Counted from the first letter of the stretch, positions 1 to 10,056 are shown. The stretch: DNA of 36,675 bases from Acidobacteriota bacterium (GCA_038530905.1 JBCBCF010000003.1:1-36675), one strand, 5' to 3'. Program-made: numbers and translations. The notes: generated by a model not told the origin, from the letters alone.

Positions 1-926
1 GATTTGGCTTGGTTTATGACCTGACCGACTTCTCAGCGACGATTTCCCGCCTCGGACGGCGCGAGCGCGGCGCCCTCGATCAGGCGTTTCGGTTGGCGGC
101 TCAGTTTCAGCGCCACATCGACCGGCTGGCGGTCGCCCTGGGGCAGCGCTTCGAGAAGTATCTCGGCGATGGTGCGTTCTACTCGAGCCGGCAGCCGCAC
201 CAGATGCTGGCGATGGCGATCGGGCTTCAGCGGCTCTATCCGGAGTTCGTCTCGCGCGGTCTGCCCTTTGATTCCGGTATGCGCCTGGCGCTCAACTACG
301 GCGAATACCGACTGCTGCCCCTGGATGGAGCGCGCGGCGACGAGCAGCGGTTCGAGTTCTTCGGCCACGGGCTCGTCGAGCTGTCGCGCCTGTCGACCGG
401 GAAGAAGACCCAGCAGCTCGAGGCGTTCAAGACCCTGCTCGTTTCGAACGGCTATCCCGAAGCCGCGGTCAACAAATTCTTCGCTCCGATGCTGCGTAAG
501 GACGCCGAGCTGGTGTCGAAGGTGGACGAGCGTCGACCCTTCTACGCCTACATCAACCAGACGAACACCCTGATCAACGAAGGGATCGTGGTCACGGAGG
601 CGTTTCTCGACCGGCTCGGCGATTTTCGGCGCCTGGCCTACGGGCGGCTCGAGGGACGCGGCTTCGTCGCCATCGAGATCGCTGATTGGAACGGCGCGCC
701 GCTCCTCGTCGGCCTGCGCAAGCTCGGCATGGCAAGCTTCAAGGGGCTCGAGCCGACACCGGTCTTCGAGGTGGTCGACGGCGGAGGCTGGCAGCCGTCG
801 GATCTGCGGCCGATCCCGCGCCAGCCTCTTCTGTCCTCGCTCGAACGGCTGTTCACGCGCAATATGACCGCCGCGACGCGCCCGCGCGAGACCGTCACCG
901 CGGGCGCTCAGCCGGCATCGCCCTGA
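1..926 (+). CDS. Class III adenylate/guanylate cyclase-like catalytic domain, divergent; 5'-truncated by the window edge
   Basis: The frame is open from base 3 (FGLVYDLTDFS). Motifs YDLTDFS (metal Asp 1), EKYLGDG (Lys and metal Asp 2), MRLALNYGE (RIGIHxG-like), GHGLVELSRL (VNxAxRL-like) and FKGLEPTPVFEV (LKG..P.VY-like) occur in the expected order. Confidence 0.7.
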   Translation, partial: FGLVYDLTDFSATISRLGRRERGALDQAFRLAAQFQRHIDRLAVALGQRFEKYLGDGAFYSSRQPHQMLAMAIGLQRLYPEFVSRGLPFDSGMRLALNYGEYRLLPLDGARGDEQRFEFFGHGLVELSRLSTGKKTQQLEAFKTLLVSNGYPEAAVNKFFAPMLRKDAELVSKVDERRPFYAYINQTNTLINEGIVVTEAFLDRLGDFRRLAYGRLEGRGFVAIEIADWNGAPLLVGLRKLGMASFKGLEPTPVFEVVDGGGWQPSDLRPIPRQPLLSSLERLFTRNMTAATRPRETVTAGAQPASP

Positions 927-1020
927 ACCGACTGCTCGCCGCGCGCGCCGCGGTCCCCGCCTTCTCAACGGACTTTCCGCCGGCGTTGCGAGCGAAGCCT
1001 CGCCGGTAAGGAGCGAAGTG

Positions 1021-1914
1021 ATGACCGATCTCGTTTGGCAGACCGACCTTCCGGACCTCGGACCGCGCAAAACCGGCAAGGTGCGCGACGTCTACGACCT
1101 CGGCGATGCCCTTCTCTTGGTGGCCTGCGACCGCATCTCGGCCTTCGATCATGTGCTCCAGCCAGGCGTGCCAGGCAAGGGCAAGATCCTCAACCAGCTC
1201 ACCGCCTGGTGGCTCGAGCGCCTGGCCGACATCGTGCCGCACCACCTGATCGCGATCGACGTGGAGGACTTCCCCGAGGCGGCGCGCCGGCATGCCGACG
1301 TCTTGCGCGGGCGTTCGGCTCTGGTCCGAAAGGCCAAGGTGGTGCCCTTCGAATGCGTGGCGCGGGGCTACCTTGCCGGCAGCGCCTTCAAGGAGTATCA
1401 GCGCACCGGAACGACCTGCGGCATCGAGCTTCCTGCCGGCCTCGAGCGCGCTTCGCGCCTCCCGGAGCCGATCTATACCCCGGCGACCAAGGTCGATGAT
1501 GGACACGACGAGAACGTCGATTTTGCCTACCTTGCCGCACACGTCGGCGACGCTCTCGCCGATCGCCTACGCCAGCTCACACTCGAGCTCTATCGGCGGG
1601 GGCGCGACCACGCCGAGGGCGTCGGCCTGCTGCTCGCCGACACCAAATTCGAGTTCGGGTACCACGACGACGAACTGATCCTCATCGATGAGGTGCTGAC
1701 GCCGGACTCCTCCCGCTACTGGCAGGCCGACGCCTGGTCGCCGGGCACCGAGCCGGTGTCGTTCGACAAGCAATTCGTCCGCAACTGGATCGAAGAGACC
1801 GGCTGGGACAAGAAGAGCACCCCGCCGGAGCTGCCGGCGGCGGTGATCGAAGGCACGCTCGATCGCTACGTCGAGGCCTATCGCCGCGTGACCGGCTCCG
1901 AGCCGGCCCTCTAG
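1021..1914 (+). CDS. purC: Phosphoribosylaminoimidazole-succinocarboxamide (SAICAR) synthase
   Basis: GKVRDVY, DRISAFD, ECVARGYLAGS, DTKFEFG, DEVLTPDSSRYW and SFDKQFVR motifs; AAGGAG RBS just upstream (GTG at 1018 is an alternative start). Confidence 0.97.
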   Translation: MTDLVWQTDLPDLGPRKTGKVRDVYDLGDALLLVACDRISAFDHVLQPGVPGKGKILNQLTAWWLERLADIVPHHLIAIDVEDFPEAARRHADVLRGRSALVRKAKVVPFECVARGYLAGSAFKEYQRTGTTCGIELPAGLERASRLPEPIYTPATKVDDGHDENVDFAYLAAHVGDALADRLRQLTLELYRRGRDHAEGVGLLLADTKFEFGYHDDELILIDEVLTPDSSRYWQADAWSPGTEPVSFDKQFVRNWIEETGWDKKSTPPELPAAVIEGTLDRYVEAYRRVTGSEPAL

Positions 1915-2140
1915 GCAGCCCGGCGCGAGCGAGCTCGGCAGATTGCCGGGCAGAATCAGGACGGCTCGTCCCGCTCTCACGGGCGCCGGCCCCGCCAGGT
2001 CAACAGCCGGCGTCGTCCTGCAAACTCCCTCCAGAGACCGCCGTATCCCCGACAACCCGGGGATCGCCTCTCCGATGACTCGAAACGTCGCGTGGACGTC
2101 TCGATCGGTGGAGTGATGCCTGGCGACTGGAGGATCGATC

Positions 2141-5100
2141 ATGTTTCGACAGCAGATCGCTCGACGCCGCCAGTTCCCGCTCTGGTTCTTCGTCGTGCTC
2201 GCGTCCGTCGCTCCGTCGACGGTCTTCGCGCAGCTCGGATTCACCTTCCAAGACAAGTTGCCCGGCGCCGTGTCGTCTTACCGCGCGACGGCGGGCGACA
2301 ACCACGGTCCGGGCGCCACCTTCACCGACCTCGACCACGATGGGTATCCGGATCTCGTGCTCGTCTCGGGTCCTGACAAGCCCGGATTCATCTACCGCAA
2401 CGTGCCGCAGTCGGCGAATCCCGAGCTCCGCACCTTGGTCGAGGTGCAGCAGCTACCGGCTCGGCCGTACGGCTCGACGGGCGTCGTCGCTGGCGACTAC
2501 GACGGCGACGGCGATCTCGACCTCTACGTGCTGAACCATCCCTTCTACAACCTAAACGTCATTCCCGGCTTCTCTTTCACGCCGCTTGATTTCGCGCCAA
2601 ACGAGCTGTGGCAGAACCAGCACGCCCAGACCGGCGAGTTGACCTTTCTCGACGTCACCGCCGCGACCGATCCAACGCCGGGCACCGCCGACGAGCAATT
2701 CGGCCTATCCCACGCGCGGCGCGGAGGCATCGATCTCGACAACTCGCTCACCGCAGCGTGGGCCGATGTCGATCTCGATGGGGATCTCGATCTCTTCGTC
2801 GGCAATCACGACGGCACGGTCGGTGGGCCGCACGAGAACATGATTCCCGGCCAGCGGGACATCCTCTACCTCAACAACGGCGACGGCACGTTCACGGACG
2901 CCACGGAGGCCTACGGCGGCCACGGCTTCGAAAGCCCGGCCGGCGATGTCTGCGCCGCCAACCAATGCTTCAGCTCGGCGAACGCTTCGATCTTCGCCGA
3001 CTTCGACAACGACGGCTGGTCGGACCTGTTGGTGGTCAACAAGCTGAACAATCCAGGTGTCGATATCGACACGCTCTATCTCAATCTCGGCCTCGACAGC
3101 GCCGGCCGCTGGCGGGGCTTCGATGTCGCCACCTATGACATGAGCCAGCCGTTCGGATTCGCTAGCGACAACGCAATGGGAGTCGACGCTGGCGATCTCG
3201 ACAACGACGGCGATCTCGATATCTACCTCTCGGATTTGGTCTGCGAATACAACGGCGTCTGCGATCCGGACGCGCCGCCGAACGACCTTTTCACCAACCG
3301 CCTGGCACAGACCGGCAGCCTGGACTTCTCGGAGTCGACGTCGGCTTTCGGCGTCGCCAGCCGATTCTCGTGGGGGGTGCAATGGCTCGATGTCGACAAC
3401 GACGGCCTGCTCGATCTGCACGTCGCGACGCATGAAGGGCATCGAGATCAGCTCTTCGTCCGCGAAGGATCGAGCTTCGTCGATCGCGGCCCGGCTCTCG
3501 GGCTCGATCAGCTCGAAAACTCACGCGGTTCTCTCGCCGCGGACTGGGACAGGGACGGCGCGATCGATCTCTTCGTCGTCAACGTCAATCCTCCCAACGT
3601 TGCGCATGGCGGCGGCGGCGATCGCTCGAAGCTCTACGAGAACGGGCTGGCGGCCGGCAGCTCTGGCCGCAACTTCCTGAGCTTCACCCTGAGCGCCGAT
3701 CCTGACCTGCCGCCGAACGGCAATCGCTCGACCAGCCGCCACGCCATCGGCGCCCGCGTCGAAGTGACAGCGACCATCGGTGGCGAATCGGTAACGCAAC
3801 TCCGCGAGGTGCGCTCCGGCAACGGCAACGCCGCCTCGACCGCCAGCCTCGATCTCGAGTTCGGCATCGGGTCGGCATCGAGCGCCACCGCGCGCGTCCT
3901 GTGGCCGAGCGGCCGCATCTCGAACCTCGGCACGATCCAGGCAAATCAATTCGTCGCGATCAGCGAGGCGGCTCTTTCCGCGCCGACGACGATTGGCGAG
4001 AACGGCCAAATCAGCCTGACCCACGTGGAGCAGACGATCTCGTTCGGACGCAGCTACACGAATCCGGTGGTCTTTGCGCAGCCGGTCGAGTTCCGCGGCT
4101 CGAACCAGGCCGTCGTGCGGATTCGCGACGTCACGTCGACGAGCGCCAAGCTGCGCATCGTCGAAGCGCCCGATCACGACGGCTCTCATATCTCGGAGAC
4201 GATCCACTGGTTCGTCTTCGAGGCTGGGCGCTGGCAGCTCGGCGACGGCACGCGTCTCGACGTCGGCACCGTGCAGACCGCTGCGACCATCAGCGCCGGC
4301 GCCGGCTCATGGGAGCGCGTCGATCTGCCGGCACCGGTGGGTGCCACCGATGCGCGCCCGGCCGTGATGTCACAGATCCAGACTTCGGTGGATCCCGGCT
4401 ACGTCAAGACGCGCCAGTCCCCCGTGACCGCGACGCGCTTCCTTGTCGCCCAGGAGTCTGCCGACTCGCTTGGCGGCTCGCAACCGCTCGAGACGATCGG
4501 CTATCTGGCGATCGAGCCGTCACGCGGCCGCTGGAGCGGCCGGCCCTACAGCGTCGGCCTCACACCAAGGGCCGTCACCCACGAGTTTTATCGCGTGGAG
4601 TTTGGCCACGACCTCGGCAGTTCGCCGCACGTTCTGGCGTCGATGGCGACCCGCTACGGCGCCGACGGCGCGGCCTTGCGCTACCGCAACCTGACGTCGA
4701 GCCACGTTGAGGTCAAGGTCGAGGAAGACACCACCGTCGATCCGGAAGTCGATCACACGACCGAGCAGGTGGCCTTCCTGGCGGTTGCTGGAACCGGTTC
4801 GCTCTTCGGTCGAGCCGCCACGACCGATCCGGCACCGAGCGTCGACTTCTCCGCGTCATGCGGCGGGCTCTTCTGTTCGTTCGTGCCGTCGGTCACGGAC
4901 GACGATCCGATTCCGCCACAGAGCTGGAGCTGGCACTTCGGCGACGGCGAGTTCTCCGCCGTGCCGAGCACGTCGCACAGCTTCCCATCGGCCGGCAGCT
5001 GGGACGTCACGCTGCGAGTCACCGACCGCGACGGTCAGACCCGTTCCCGAACCCGCAAGGTGTCGACCACGGCGGCCAGTTCTCCGCCGACGGCGAACTT

Positions 5101-6292
5101 CACTGCCACCTGCACGAACCTGAGCTGCACGTTCGACGCCTCGTCGTCGAACGACGACTTCGCGATCCCATCGAGCGGCTATCGCTGGAACTTCAACGAC
5201 GGATCGACAGCGGTCGGCCGCATCGTCAGTCATGCCTTCGAGCGCGCCGGCACCATGCCGGTCGAGCTGACGGTCGTCGACTCGCACGGCCAGGAAGACA
5301 GGATCTCGAAGGAGGTCACAACCAGCCTTTCCGTCTCGCTGCTGGCCACCTACAAGGCGAGCCTGTCGAATCCCAACCGAACGACCCGGACGATTCCGAA
5401 CGCCGGAGCGATCGATTTCGACATCGCCTTCGATCCGAATCTCGGGCGCTTCTCTGAGCGTCCGGGGGCTGGATGCCAGCACGGCCGGCCCGAGAATCCG
5501 ACCTATCTCAAGGTGGGTCTCGGTGCGCTGCCGGCAGGCGTCGAGATCAATCGCTGCGATGTACGCGGCTCGTGGGATGACGACTTCTTCGACTGCCCGC
5601 AGAGCACGGTCGACGATCTGAACCAGGGTCTCGAGCTAATCATCAACACGGACGACTTGCTGATCCAGGAATCCGACTGCTCGCCAACCTCGACGGTGCA
5701 CGTGCCGTATGGAGCCGAGCAACAGCTCATCGTGACCCTGTACGTCAACAACGTCCCCTATATCCGTGAGTTCGGCTTCACTCAGACCGTGGAGATGCAC
5801 TACGCGACGGCGGATCAGGACACCTGGGTGAACGAAGCGGCGCCGACCACCGCGTACGGCAACAACCAGACACTGTCGACACAGCCGGGGCCGAGCGTCG
5901 CCCGCTACGGCTTCACGCGATTCAACATCGGATCGCTGCCAGGGCCGGTCGCGTCGGCGCAACTCGGGTTGTGGACGGTCAACGGCATGAACGCTGGGAC
6001 CTCGCTCGAGGTCTACGACCTGGCGAACGACAACTGGAGCGAGAGCGCGCTCACCTGGAACACGTGGGCTACCCAAACGGGCGGGCCGCGCGGCGGACCG
6101 ATCGCGACGCCGAGTGGCTGGGCGTCCAATCGCTATCGACGCGTCGACGTCACGCCATCGCTGCCAACCGGTTCGCTCTGGTCGTTCGGCCTGGTGCCCG
6201 CACCGCCGGGAACCTCGGACGTTGTGAGCTTCGCCTCTTCCGAGCACCCCAACCTGCCGAAACCGCGCCTGGCGATCGCCGTCGAGCGCTGA
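2141..6292 (+). CDS. Large secreted mosaic protein: signal peptide, FG-GAP/VCBS repeats (CRTAC1-like), ASPIC/UnbV, three lectin-like repeats, two PKD domains, an unknown Cys-rich domain and a C-terminal DNRLRE-like domain
   Basis: Signal peptide ending in VFA-Q; many DxDxDGxxDL repeats; AIGARVEV...LEFGIG...VLWPSG (ASPIC/UnbV); WHFGDG and WNFNDG with VTLRVTD and VELTVVD (PKD); DTWVNEAAPTTAYG...RF.I...SFASSE...PRL (DNRLRE-like); GGAGG RBS. Confidence 0.85.
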   Translation: MFRQQIARRRQFPLWFFVVLASVAPSTVFAQLGFTFQDKLPGAVSSYRATAGDNHGPGATFTDLDHDGYPDLVLVSGPDKPGFIYRNVPQSANPELRTLVEVQQLPARPYGSTGVVAGDYDGDGDLDLYVLNHPFYNLNVIPGFSFTPLDFAPNELWQNQHAQTGELTFLDVTAATDPTPGTADEQFGLSHARRGGIDLDNSLTAAWADVDLDGDLDLFVGNHDGTVGGPHENMIPGQRDILYLNNGDGTFTDATEAYGGHGFESPAGDVCAANQCFSSANASIFADFDNDGWSDLLVVNKLNNPGVDIDTLYLNLGLDSAGRWRGFDVATYDMSQPFGFASDNAMGVDAGDLDNDGDLDIYLSDLVCEYNGVCDPDAPPNDLFTNRLAQTGSLDFSESTSAFGVASRFSWGVQWLDVDNDGLLDLHVATHEGHRDQLFVREGSSFVDRGPALGLDQLENSRGSLAADWDRDGAIDLFVVNVNPPNVAHGGGGDRSKLYENGLAAGSSGRNFLSFTLSADPDLPPNGNRSTSRHAIGARVEVTATIGGESVTQLREVRSGNGNAASTASLDLEFGIGSASSATARVLWPSGRISNLGTIQANQFVAISEAALSAPTTIGENGQISLTHVEQTISFGRSYTNPVVFAQPVEFRGSNQAVVRIRDVTSTSAKLRIVEAPDHDGSHISETIHWFVFEAGRWQLGDGTRLDVGTVQTAATISAGAGSWERVDLPAPVGATDARPAVMSQIQTSVDPGYVKTRQSPVTATRFLVAQESADSLGGSQPLETIGYLAIEPSRGRWSGRPYSVGLTPRAVTHEFYRVEFGHDLGSSPHVLASMATRYGADGAALRYRNLTSSHVEVKVEEDTTVDPEVDHTTEQVAFLAVAGTGSLFGRAATTDPAPSVDFSASCGGLFCSFVPSVTDDDPIPPQSWSWHFGDGEFSAVPSTSHSFPSAGSWDVTLRVTDRDGQTRSRTRKVSTTAASSPPTANFTATCTNLSCTFDASSSNDDFAIPSSGYRWNFNDGSTAVGRIVSHAFERAGTMPVELTVVDSHGQEDRISKEVTTSLSVSLLATYKASLSNPNRTTRTIPNAGAIDFDIAFDPNLGRFSERPGAGCQHGRPENPTYLKVGLGALPAGVEINRCDVRGSWDDDFFDCPQSTVDDLNQGLELIINTDDLLIQESDCSPTSTVHVPYGAEQQLIVTLYVNNVPYIREFGFTQTVEMHYATADQDTWVNEAAPTTAYGNNQTLSTQPGPSVARYGFTRFNIGSLPGPVASAQLGLWTVNGMNAGTSLEVYDLANDNWSESALTWNTWATQTGGPRGGPIATPSGWASNRYRRVDVTPSLPTGSLWSFGLVPAPPGTSDVVSFASSEHPNLPKPRLAIAVER

Positions 6293-6308
6293 CCCCTGCG
6301 GCAGGACA

Positions 6309-6347
6309 AGGCCGGGCGGGTCGCACGAGCCGCGATCCGCCCGGCCT
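6309..6347. terminator. Strong GC hairpin between convergent genes (16-bp stem with one G-U pair)
   Basis: aggccgggcgggtcgc / loop acgagcc / gcgatccgcccggcct; no U-tract. Confidence 0.5.
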
Positions 6348-6367
6348 CCTCCCTCTCAATCTCTCCA

Positions 6368-6398
6368 CGCGACGGTCGGGCGGCCGTCGCGCCTTTTT
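6368..6398 (+). terminator. Rho-independent terminator
   Basis: cgcgacggtc-gggc-ggccgtcgcg hairpin followed by cc-ttttt, downstream of the 2141-6292 gene. Confidence 0.65.
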
Positions 6399-6415
6399 GC
6401 GTCCTGGCCGGAGCG

Positions 6416-7783
6416 TCAGGCGCGGTCGACGGAGAGGAGGGCTTCGGCGAGGCCGGCGAGGTCTTCGACTTCCACGACCTCGAGATCGTTTGGCCGGGTC
6501 ACCTCGTCAAGCGGTGCGGTGACGGCGCGGGCAAAGCCGAGGCCGGCGATCTCGCGCAGGCGCGCCGCCGCGTGGGCGACCGGGCGCACCTCGCCGAGGA
6601 GGCCGACCTCGCCGAAAAACGCGGCGTCGGGCAGCGGTCGCTCGGAGGCGGCCGAGATGAGAGCCGCGGCGACGGCAAGATCGGCAGCCGGTTCCTTGAC
6701 GCTCAAGCCGCCGACAACGTTCAAGAAGAGATCCTGCTCGCCGAACGCCATCTCGCCGAAGCGCTCGAGCACGGCGACAAGGAGCGTGACTCTGCCGCTA
6801 TCGAGGCCGACGGCCAGGCGGCGCGGCGACGGCAGTCGGCTCGCGGCAACCAGGGCCTGAATCTCGACCAGCACCGGTCGCGCGCCGTGCAGCGTTGCTG
6901 CCACCGACGAGCCCGGGCGTCTCCCCCGCCGACGCGCCAGCAGCACACGCGACGGATCGGGCACCTCCACCAGGCCGCGATCGCGCATCTCGAAGAGCGC
7001 GACCTCGCCCGTGGGACCGAAGCGGTTCTTCTGAGCGCGCAGGACGCGGAAGCCGCTGGCTCCCTCTCCTTCGAACGTCAGCACGGCATCGACCAGATGC
7101 TCGAGCGACTTCGGGCCGGCAATGCCGCCGTCCTTCGTCACGTGGCCGACCAGGAAGAGCGCGATCTGCCGCGCTTTGCACAGCTCGACCAGACGGTCGG
7201 CACCGTGGCGGACCTGGCCGATCGACCCGGGAGGGCCGTCGAGCTCGGCCGAGCGCAGCGCCTGGATCGAATCGACGAGGAGAAGACGCGGCGCCTGCTC
7301 TTCCACCGCTGCGAGAATCGATTCGAGGCGCGTCTCGCCGACCACCATCAGGTCGCTCGCTGCACAGCCCAGCCGCTCGGCGCGGAGGCGCAGCTGCGGC
7401 GGCGACTCCTCAGCCGAGACGTACAGCACGTCGGCACCGAGCCCGGCAGCAGCGTGGCCGACCTGCAGCAGCAGTGTCGACTTGCCGATGCCGGGTTCGC
7501 CGGCGAGCAGCGTCGCAGCCCCCGCCACGAGGCCGCCGCCGAGCACGCGATCGAAAAGATCGAGGCCGCTGGGCGCGCGCGGCGCCGAGGCGTCATCGAC
7601 CTCGCCCAGCGTCACGGCCTGCGCGGCCCGCACGGTGCCCGAAGCCCGGCCCTTCGGCGTTGAGCGTTCGACGACCTCCTCGACCATCGAGCCCCAGGCG
7701 CCGCAGCTATCGCAGCGTCCGAGCCATTTTGCGGAGGTGCGACCGCAGTCCTGGCAGACGTAGCGCGTCGTCGTCTTCGCCAT
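6416..7783 (-). CDS. radA: DNA repair protein RadA/Sms
   Basis: MAKTTTRYVCQDCG...CDSC Zn finger, GEPGIGKST Walker A, KNRFG motif and Lon-like C-terminus. The true start is ATG 7783; the longer ORF overlaps dnaB. Confidence 0.97.
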   Translation of the reverse strand: MAKTTTRYVCQDCGRTSAKWLGRCDSCGAWGSMVEEVVERSTPKGRASGTVRAAQAVTLGEVDDASAPRAPSGLDLFDRVLGGGLVAGAATLLAGEPGIGKSTLLLQVGHAAAGLGADVLYVSAEESPPQLRLRAERLGCAASDLMVVGETRLESILAAVEEQAPRLLLVDSIQALRSAELDGPPGSIGQVRHGADRLVELCKARQIALFLVGHVTKDGGIAGPKSLEHLVDAVLTFEGEGASGFRVLRAQKNRFGPTGEVALFEMRDRGLVEVPDPSRVLLARRRGRRPGSSVAATLHGARPVLVEIQALVAASRLPSPRRLAVGLDSGRVTLLVAVLERFGEMAFGEQDLFLNVVGGLSVKEPAADLAVAAALISAASERPLPDAAFFGEVGLLGEVRPVAHAAARLREIAGLGFARAVTAPLDEVTRPNDLEVVEVEDLAGLAEALLSVDRA

Positions 7784-7808
7784 CAGTTGTCGACCGATGC
7801 GGCCACGC

Positions 7809-9233
7809 TCAGAAGTCGTCGTCGCCGTGGTGCTTGTCGAAGTTGCGGAAGCTCGCCGTCTCGCCGAGAAAGACGAGATCGATGGTGCCGGTCTGCCCGT
7901 TGCGATGCTTGGCGACAATCAGCTCGGCGAGCCCTTTCACCTCGGGATCGTCCTTGTTGTAAACCTCGTCGCGATAGATGAAGCACACCATGTCGGCATC
8001 CTGCTCGATGGCGCCCGACTCTCGCAGGTCAGCAAGCTGCGGGCGATGGTCGTTGGCCCGTCGCTCGGTCTGGCGTGACAGCTGCGACAACGCGATCACG
8101 GGAATCTCGAGTTCCTTGGCGAGCTGCTTGAGGCCGCGGCTAATGGCGGCAATCTCGAGCTGACGGCTCTCGTATCTGCCGCCCGCCTGCATCAGCTGGA
8201 GATAGTCGATCACCACCAGACCGAGGCCTTTCTCGGCCTGCAGACGCCGGCACTTCGAGGCGATCTCGAGCAGCGTCGGGTTCGGCGAGTCGTCGATGAA
8301 AAGGGGCGCGGCGCCGATCGAGCGGATGACGTCGTAAAGCTGCGACCACTGCGCCTCAGAGAGCTGTCCCGAGCGCAGCGGTCCGAAGGGCAGGTCGCCC
8401 TCTGAGGACATGATGCGCTGCGCCAGCTCCTGCTCGCCCATCTCGAGCGAGAACACCGCCACCGGCCGCTGCTCACGAATCGCCACGTTCTGCGCCACGT
8501 TGACCGCAAACGTCGACTTGCCCATGCCCGGGCGGCCAGCGACGATGATCAGATTGCCGGCGACCAGGCCCTGAGTCAGTCGATCCCAATCGTAGTAGCC
8601 CGTGCGCAGGCCGAGCATGCCGTCGGCGCGCGCCTCCAGCGCCTCGAGCGTCGCATCGAAAATGTCGCCGAGCACCGAAAAGCCGCGCGTCAACGCCTCC
8701 TGACCGAGGCTCATGACCGCCTTCTCGGCCTCGGCCAGAGCGTCGGCGGCTTCCTTGCCGCCCTCGAAGCATTCGAGGATGACGCGCTGCGAGGTCTCGA
8801 TCAGCCGACGGCGGATCGAGCGCTCTTTGACCAGCTCGACGTACGACTCGACGCGCGAAAGATCCGGCAGGTCGAGATCGAGGCCGGCGAGATACGCCAT
8901 GCCGCCGATGCGCTCGAAGACGTTCTTCAGCTCGAGCCGCCCCTGCAGCGTCCGCAGGTCGATCTCCTCGCCGCGCTCCTGCAGCTCGAGCATGGCGGCG
9001 AAGATGAGCTGATGCTTCTCGAGATAAAAGTCGTCGGTGACCAGGCGAGCCGTGATGGTCGGCAGAACGTGCGGCGCCAGCAGGATGGCGGCGAGCACGG
9101 CGCGCTCCGACTCCTCTGAATGCGGCATGGCCCGTTCCAGGGCCACCTGCTCCGCCGCAGGCCCTGGTGGACGCTCAGTGCCCGGTGCACGACGCGGTCG
9201 GAACTCACCCACCGGCCCGGCCGGCGACGTCAT
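7809..9233 (-). CDS. dnaB: Replicative DNA helicase DnaB
   Basis: PHSEESERAVL N-terminus, GRPGMGKS, FSLEM, IDYLQLM, LSQLSR, DLRESGAIEQDAD and KHRNG motifs; no intein. Confidence 0.98.
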   Translation of the reverse strand: MTSPAGPVGEFRPRRAPGTERPPGPAAEQVALERAMPHSEESERAVLAAILLAPHVLPTITARLVTDDFYLEKHQLIFAAMLELQERGEEIDLRTLQGRLELKNVFERIGGMAYLAGLDLDLPDLSRVESYVELVKERSIRRRLIETSQRVILECFEGGKEAADALAEAEKAVMSLGQEALTRGFSVLGDIFDATLEALEARADGMLGLRTGYYDWDRLTQGLVAGNLIIVAGRPGMGKSTFAVNVAQNVAIREQRPVAVFSLEMGEQELAQRIMSSEGDLPFGPLRSGQLSEAQWSQLYDVIRSIGAAPLFIDDSPNPTLLEIASKCRRLQAEKGLGLVVIDYLQLMQAGGRYESRQLEIAAISRGLKQLAKELEIPVIALSQLSRQTERRANDHRPQLADLRESGAIEQDADMVCFIYRDEVYNKDDPEVKGLAELIVAKHRNGQTGTIDLVFLGETASFRNFDKHHGDDDF

Positions 9234-10051
9234 CGACTGGCCTCCGGGGCCAGTGCGGCAGGGTCCGAGCAGTCACCCCATCGATAGCTGTCCGGCGCCG
9301 CAAGCGGCTGAACAGGACGCGCCAAGGGCTCCCTCACCTGCTCGCTCCAGCGTACCTGGCGCCGCCCGCGCCGATCGCTGAAGACCCCCTCGTCGCCTTC
9401 CAGGCTCCACCAGGCGACCGGCTCTCCGGCCTCAGTGACGGTCCATCGACGGAGCGTTCCTGCTTCGATCTGACCACTCCACAGCCGCGCGCGGTCATCG
9501 AGAAACGACACTCGATCGGCGGTGCGCCGGAGGTCGTCGCTCGGCTCGGCGGGGATCAGGCCAAGCACCAGGCGCGGCAGGGCAGCGATCGGCAGATGGG
9601 CGAGCGGCAAGAAGCTCTGTTCGGCCGCTGAAGCGACGCGACAGGTCGCGCGGCCGCGATGATCGACCCAGAGAGCCGAGCCGCCAGGCTCGAGCGCCAG
9701 GCTCCAGGCTTTGCGACCCAGGCTGTCGGCCGCATCCATGCGGTAGCGGTCGGAGCGTTCGAGGTAGAGCGTGAGCTTGAAGCTGACCTCGCCGTCGGGT
9801 CCAGCGTAGTGCACGCGGTAGAGGCGCTGGGTCGGAAACGCGTCGCCTGGAATGACCCACGGCTCCGGCAGGCCCTCGTTGGTCGAGCGCAGCTCGCCGA
9901 TCGTGCCGCCGATCGAGCTCCCGCAGCCGGTGACCAGGAGAGACGCTCCGGCCAGCGCGACGAGAGCGACGACGCGGATCAGCCGGCGCGCGGCGAGAAG
10001 AGCGTCTCCGCAGCAGACCGCCCGGACGCGCGGCGAGCCGTCGACGAGCAT
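9230..10051 (-). CDS. Putative lipoprotein, possibly LolA/LolB-like fold (DUF4292-like)
   Basis: Hydrophobic stretch followed by lipobox LVTG-C; beta-rich segment DRYRMDAADSLGRKAWSLALE; stop codon overlaps the dnaB ATG (ATGA); follows a TPR gene. Start codon uncertain. Confidence 0.6.
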   Translation of the reverse strand: MLVDGSPRVRAVCCGDALLAARRLIRVVALVALAGASLLVTGCGSSIGGTIGELRSTNEGLPEPWVIPGDAFPTQRLYRVHYAGPDGEVSFKLTLYLERSDRYRMDAADSLGRKAWSLALEPGGSALWVDHRGRATCRVASAAEQSFLPLAHLPIAALPRLVLGLIPAEPSDDLRRTADRVSFLDDRARLWSGQIEAGTLRRWTVTEAGEPVAWWSLEGDEGVFSDRRGRRQVRWSEQVREPLARPVQPLAAPDSYRWGDCSDPAALAPEASR

Positions 10052-10056
10052 GTTGC

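Noticed and set aside
7809-9233. Intein in DnaB
   Set aside because: Normal length (474 aa) with contiguous helicase motifs.
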